Part shown: positions 55,885 through 64,000 of the stretch, piece after piece
How the letters are laid out: each line of letters starts with the position of its first letter
How positions within the stretch are numbered: position 1 is the first letter of the stretch
From: the human T2T-CHM13v2.0 reference genome, Homo sapiens
Direction: 5' to 3' (one strand)
Length of the DNA stretch: 64,000 nucleotides
Assembly: GCF_009914755.1 (NCBI RefSeq)
Contig: NC_060925.1
Notes under the pieces: generated by a model
What the model was told of the DNA's origin: nothing
Databases searched by the model: none
Seen by the model: only the letters and a program-made list of their open reading frames with translations
Translations under genes and position numbers: made by a program

Positions 55885-57374
55885 TTAGTGTTTGCGTCTG
55901 CCATTTGCTATCCCTCCCCAGCACACCTTCCTGTGGATGGAACTTGCCAGAACTTCCTCAGCAACCCTGAAGAGGAAAGCTGGAGGCCCCAACAGACGCA
56001 GAAGTGGGCTGCACTGCTGTGCTTCCATGGGGCAGTCAGGGCTCAGGGCCCCAGCAGCAGGCCAAACCCCAGCCCAGCTCCCTTGCAAACCTCCTCTGTC
56101 ATGTACCCTGGGAGTCAGGTCCAACCCCACTATGTCACAACTGAGGAAACAGAGGCCCCGAGAAGTTCAGGGAGAGCTGGGGTCAAGATGCTAGATCCTG
56201 CCTCTGGGTGTGGTGGCTTTTGTTCTTGTCATCCGGTGGGCACTGGGCCTGCCCCGCACAGCTCCTTCACCCCGGAGAGGTGACAGCAGACTACATTAGG
56301 CCCTGCCAGGCCCAAAGACTCCAGCCTGTTAATCTTTAACCAGAGCTCTGGACAAAGGTAGCCCTTCTGACCTCCTGAGAGTTTCTGAATAGCTCGGAGG
56401 CTTCTGTGACAGAGCCACACGTTAGCAATGACATATATTTAGTGCAGGGAGGCATGTTGAGTACAGTTCTAAATTCTGTTGTGAATTGTGCCCAGGGAAC
56501 AAGCACAGAGAACATTTTCACCATGGATATGTATGTACTTGTAAGAAGCAGCTGGGTGGTTCCTTCAGCAATCTGCTGAGCTGTGGCGATTACATCACAC
56601 ACTGGTGCAAAGGCCTTGAACCATTAATGTGCTGCCTCTGCGAGGGTGACCAGGATTCCAGCAATGAACAGAGAAGGTGCTTGTCCCCACTGCTCACTGG
56701 GTGCCTTCAGATTCTTAACTTTTGTCTTTTTCTTTTTTCTTTCACTTCTTACCTGTATCTATAAAACAGGACTCTGTTTGCTTTGAAAAGAGCCAGAATG
56801 ACCTCAGGGGTCAGTGACTCATGCTGTTGGCTCTGTGAACACAATCGAGTGCCCCTTACGTAAGAAGCTCCTGCTATCTGAGGGAAGGGAGGTCCGAGCC
56901 ATTATTCCTTGGTTATAAACACTCCATGTGGTTTTGTTTGGTGGTTTTAAAAAAGGTGTGTCCACAGGGTTGGTGTTCTAGAATCGTGGGCAGAAAGAAG
57001 TCTAGCTCCTTTCATCCAAGGTTCTAAAGGGTTCTCTGAGCTGTAACTCAGCTCTAACTGGACAAAGAGGCAACAATTCCCCTCATTTCCTGTGCGCTGT
57101 CACCACAGGAGGCTACACTTAAGGAGGTCAACTCAAGTTGTTTGGACCAAGCTTCCGCAGTTGTTCCCATTATCCTGTTTGAATCCATTCACTCTTACAC
57201 TGGCCATGCAAATAGACACTCCCCAAGGAAAGAAGGACCTTAGAAAATAAGTGATCTCAGTTTTCATCTGACTTTCTTCTGGGGTGTGGGGCTGGTCATG
57301 GGTCTATATTCCCTGCTGTGGTCAGGGCCCTGTGGGACATGTTGCTGTGTCCCAGCCCTCTAGCACAATCTGCC

Positions 57375-57595
57375 GTCACTCCTGGGCTTTTGTATGCCTG
57401 CTCCCATTTGCTCTTATCTCCTCAACAACCACGTCAGGTAGATAATACATACCATCAGTCCCAGTTTACAGATGAAAAAAGTGAGGCACAGGGAGCTTCA
57501 GTAACTTGATCAAGACTAGAATTCAGAGAAATAGCCAAACCATGACTCATGATCCTCTTGCTCCAAAGTGCGTTGTCTCCCCCACAGCCCACTAT
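57375..57595 (-). mobile_element. MIR remnant
   Basis: ctcaacaacc..aggtagata..cccagtttacagatgaaaaaagtgaggcacaggga..gtaacttg. Confidence 0.7.
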
Positions 57596-57942
57596 ATTTG
57601 TTGTTTATTTTTGAAAATGGTCATGAACTCAGCTAAGACGCTGGGGCAGTGGAGCGGAGGGAGAGAGCCTGCTCTTCACAGAGGGCTTATGGGGTGAGAG
57701 GAAGGGAAGCTAAGTACAGGGCAGGCCGGGGCCATCTAAGGTGGCCTCTGACCATCCTGGAGAGGCATGGGGCTAGAGAATGAAGAATGAGGCAGAAATG
57801 AGCGTTTTTGAACTGGTTTACCGAGCAAGAACTAGAATGGAAGGGGACATATTACAAATGACAAATGCCTGATCCAAAGCCCATGAGATGCTATTGATGA
57901 GGGCCACGGACCCTTACTCTGTGCAGACACAGAGGCTTGGAT

Positions 57943-57982
57943 GCACACACTTGCATACACACACACACACACACACACGCAC
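57943..57982. repeat. (CA)n microsatellite
   Basis: About 12 pure AC units plus interrupted flanks. Confidence 0.9.
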
Positions 57983-58033
57983 TGTTTTGTTTTGCTCTGC
58001 TTTATTTTTGCCACTGTGGAATAATAAGAAGTA

Positions 58034-58914
<881 letters not shown>

Positions 58915-61367
58915 TACACATATTGGTCTCTGCCCTCAGTTCCTGACACAGAGCTCTTAAAATCCTTGGAGTTTCTTGAGAGATAGGAGTGCTAGTAGCA
59001 TCTTTTGTTCTAATCGGGCAACTCTGGCTGGGCTCCTAGATAGCCTCGGGATGGGAGTTGGTGGCCAGGGGAACCAACCATGTGATTATAAAGTTGGAAC
59101 TTTCACCCCCACCCCTAACCTCAGGGGAGGGAAGAGGGGCTGAAGGTTGAGCTGATCATCAATGGCCAATGATTTAATCAATCATGCCTACATAATGAAG
59201 CCTCTATAAAACCCCAAAGTACAGGGTTCAGGGAACTTCCAGGCAGCTGAACTCATGGAGGTTTCTAGAGACTCGCACACAAGGAGAGGACATGAAGGTC
59301 TGAGCGCCTTCCACATGCCTCGCCCTGTGCCTCTCTTCATCTGTATCCTACATAATATCCTTTATAATACACCAGTAAACACAGCTACGTGACTCTCTGA
59401 GTTCTGTGAGCTGCTCTAGCAAATTAATTAAACCCAAGGACAGGGTCTTAGGAACCCAGATTTATAACCAGTCAGAAACCACAAGTAAAATAACCTGGGG
59501 CTTGTGATTGGCATCAGAAGTGGTGGAGGTCTTGTGGGACTGAGCCCTCAACCCGTGGGATCAGATGCTATCTTCAGGCAGGTAGTGACAGAAATGAATT
59601 GAATTCAAGGACGTCCAGCTAGTGTCTACTGGAAAATCTGTAGAATTGCTTGCTTGCGTGGTGGGGGGACATACCCATACATTGGTGACAGAGGTCACAG
59701 AAGTACCCTGTGTTATGAGAGAATAGTAGGAGAAACTGAGTTTATTTTTTCTTTCTCTCACAGAAACTGAAAGGCATTTATCCTCACATTAGAGTATAGC
59801 ATGCTGAATTGTCTGTCTATAGCTGCAATTCCACCCAAGACTTATGCTAACTTTTAAGATTTTTGTCTCATATCAAAACTGAGAAGACTCTCAAAAGAAA
59901 CATCACTCAAGCAAAAAACTTTTAAAGCTTTTCAAAATAATCGCAACTCATCCTGCACTTCATAATTCTATCACCATTAGAGTGAATTAATTGTGTGATT
60001 ATATGTTTGCCTTCCATAGACTGTGAGCTTCATAAAAGTTGGAACCAAGCCTGTCATTCATTTATTCAATAGAGACCTACCGAGTGCCTACATGTGTCAG
60101 ATACCATTTCACTTGTAGGGCCGCAAGAGTGAATGAAACACGAGATTCCACAGCAGATGGTCTCAATTTCTTTGTGTCACTGACCCCCTGGAATCCCAGC
60201 CTACAGTAGGCACTCAATGAATACTTATTGGATAAGAGATGAACACATTTCCAGCTTATTCTTCCCACCCCAAATCTTTCCTTAATAAGAGGTCTGGGTT
60301 TTCACACAGCCCTGCTGGAAAGCCCCCTTTGGCCAAACACTGTAGTCTCTGCAGACAGCTCTCAGCCTGTGGCCTGTGGTTAGGCCCACTCTGTCTGATA
60401 CTCTAAGCACTGGCTGAGGACAGTGACAGAGAAAGGAGAAACAATGCCCCATTCCAGCAGGAGGAGGGAGGAAGGATGAGCAAAGAGGGCTGACCCATTT
60501 TTCTTGGCTAACCGTGAAGCTCCCAACTGTGTCCTGGGGCTCTGGCAGGGACCCTGGCGACAGCCCTGACCCCTGCTCTGTGCTGCATTATTCAGCAAGA
60601 CTGTGACGTTATCACTGTGAGGTGGGTGAGTCATCAACAAAGCTGCTATCCAGAATCTCATGAGCTCAGCCTGAGGGGCTGATGCCAGCCTGTTCACCGA
60701 CTCTGGAAGACAAAAGGCTATGTTCCCTGCTGGGCTCCCCTTCCCTGCTCCTGGGACCCTGGGCAGGTCCCTCTCTATAGGGGTGATGGTAAAGGAACCT
60801 GAGCTTTAATAAGGGAGAAATGTGTGTCCAGTATGGGAGCTGCCGCTGTCTGAACAAATATGGAATCATAATCAAGTCCAATCTTGGTTTTTAAATTTGG
60901 AAATGGGTATAATAAGATTTATCCCAAGACGTTGTTGAAAGGTTATTTGTACTGCATCTGGCACTTCATACATGATTGGTGTTATTTCCCAGGCATCTCA
61001 ATTGAGATCCTACACAGTTTCATGCTCATGATAACTGCAAATCATAAATCATAATCTTATTCCTATCTCTTCCTGTACATCATGGCTGGGGGACAGAGGA
61101 ATAACCCACTCCAAACCCCTATATGCTTCCTCTTTGGGGAGAGGAAGGCACAGTGTGTCCTATTTGGTCCTGTAGGTGTTGGGTTAGCTCCACTGCAAAC
61201 CCCACATTTGAACACAGCCAGCCTGTCTGCAGCCTGGCAGAGTTTCCTGTCTTCCTCACTGCCTATGCCACTTCTCACCCTTTCTACTCCTACTCTTTCT
61301 CCATGTTCCTCACTCTTATCTGAACTCCATGAATTTCCTTTCCTGCCTTTAGAAATTTCTCCTACTT

Positions 61368-61960
<593 letters not shown>

Positions 61961-61975
61961 CTCTTTTTTAAAAAA

Positions 61976-62168
61976 GTGCAGTGGCTCACGCTTGTAATCC
62001 CAGCACTTTTGGAGGAGGACATGGTGATGTATGCCTGTAGTCCCAGCTGCTCAGAAGGCTAAGGTGGGAGAATTGCTTAAGCCCAGGAAGTCAAGGCTGC
62101 AGTGAGCCATGTTCACACGACTGCACTCCAGCTAGGGTGACAGAGTGAGACTCTGTCTAAAATAAAAT
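61976..62168 (+). mobile_element. AluJ-type with most of the left arm deleted
   Basis: First ~40 nt of left arm joined to a J-type right arm. Confidence 0.88.
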
Positions 62169-62181
62169 ATGTATGTGTGTG

Positions 62182-62216
<35 letters not shown>

Positions 62217-62221
62217 ATGTA
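62168..62221. repeat. Compound (TG)/(TA) microsatellite
   Basis: Directly visible. Confidence 0.95.
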
Positions 62222-62235
62222 TTCTTAAAATAAAT

Positions 62236-62522
62236 TTTTACGGAGTCTCGCTCTGTCGCCCAGGCTGCAGTGCAGTGGCACAATCTCGGCTCACTGCAAG
62301 CTCCGCCTCCCAGGTTCACGCCATTCTCCTGCCTCAGCCTCCTGAGTAGCTGGGACTACAGGCGCCCACCACCACTCCTGGCTAATTTTTTTTTTTGTAG
62401 TTTTAGTAGAGACAGGGTTTCACCATGTTAGCCAGGATGGTCTCGATCTCCTGACCTCATGATCCACCCATCTTGGCCTCCCTAAGTGCTGGGATTACAG
62501 GCATGAGCCACTGCGCCCGGCC
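62236..62522 (-). mobile_element. AluY lacking a normal 3' end/tail
   Basis: Y diagnostics; begins ttttt-acggagtctc (terminal bases and long T tract absent). Confidence 0.93.
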
Positions 62523-62539
62523 TTTAATATACTCTTAAA

Positions 62540-64000
<1,461 letters not shown>

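Overview
Primate (very probably human) non-coding genomic DNA, intronic or intergenic. I find no credible protein-coding exon chain, RNA gene, CpG island or CRISPR-like array; every long ORF in the track falls in a simple repeat, Alu, L1 or LTR. Roughly half of the window is recognisable interspersed repeat: about 20 Alu-family elements (FAM, FLAM-like, J, S, Y and one near-perfect AluYa1-type copy), several solo LTRs with TG..CA ends and target-site duplications (MER57B, MER52, MLT2D, MSTA etc.), Tigger/hAT/mariner MITEs, L2/MIR/L3 remnants and a ~7.5 kb decayed L1 carrying nested insertions. Family names come from my recall of consensus sequences, not from a RepeatMasker/Dfam run, so subfamily calls and ragged boundaries are approximate. 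The structures not explained by ordinary repeat annotation are: (1) a ~180 bp, ~92% identical inverted local duplication (12077-12256 / 15036-15214) fused to the 5' end of an Alu; (2) a 58 nt stop-in-all-frames exon-like unit just downstream of an ~850 nt UG-rich tract; (3) an exon-like unit whose splice donor is triplicated by a 22 bp tandem repeat; (4) a very young AluY with a pure 45 nt tail. I do not see evidence for a novel multi-gene biological system and I could not identify the locus.
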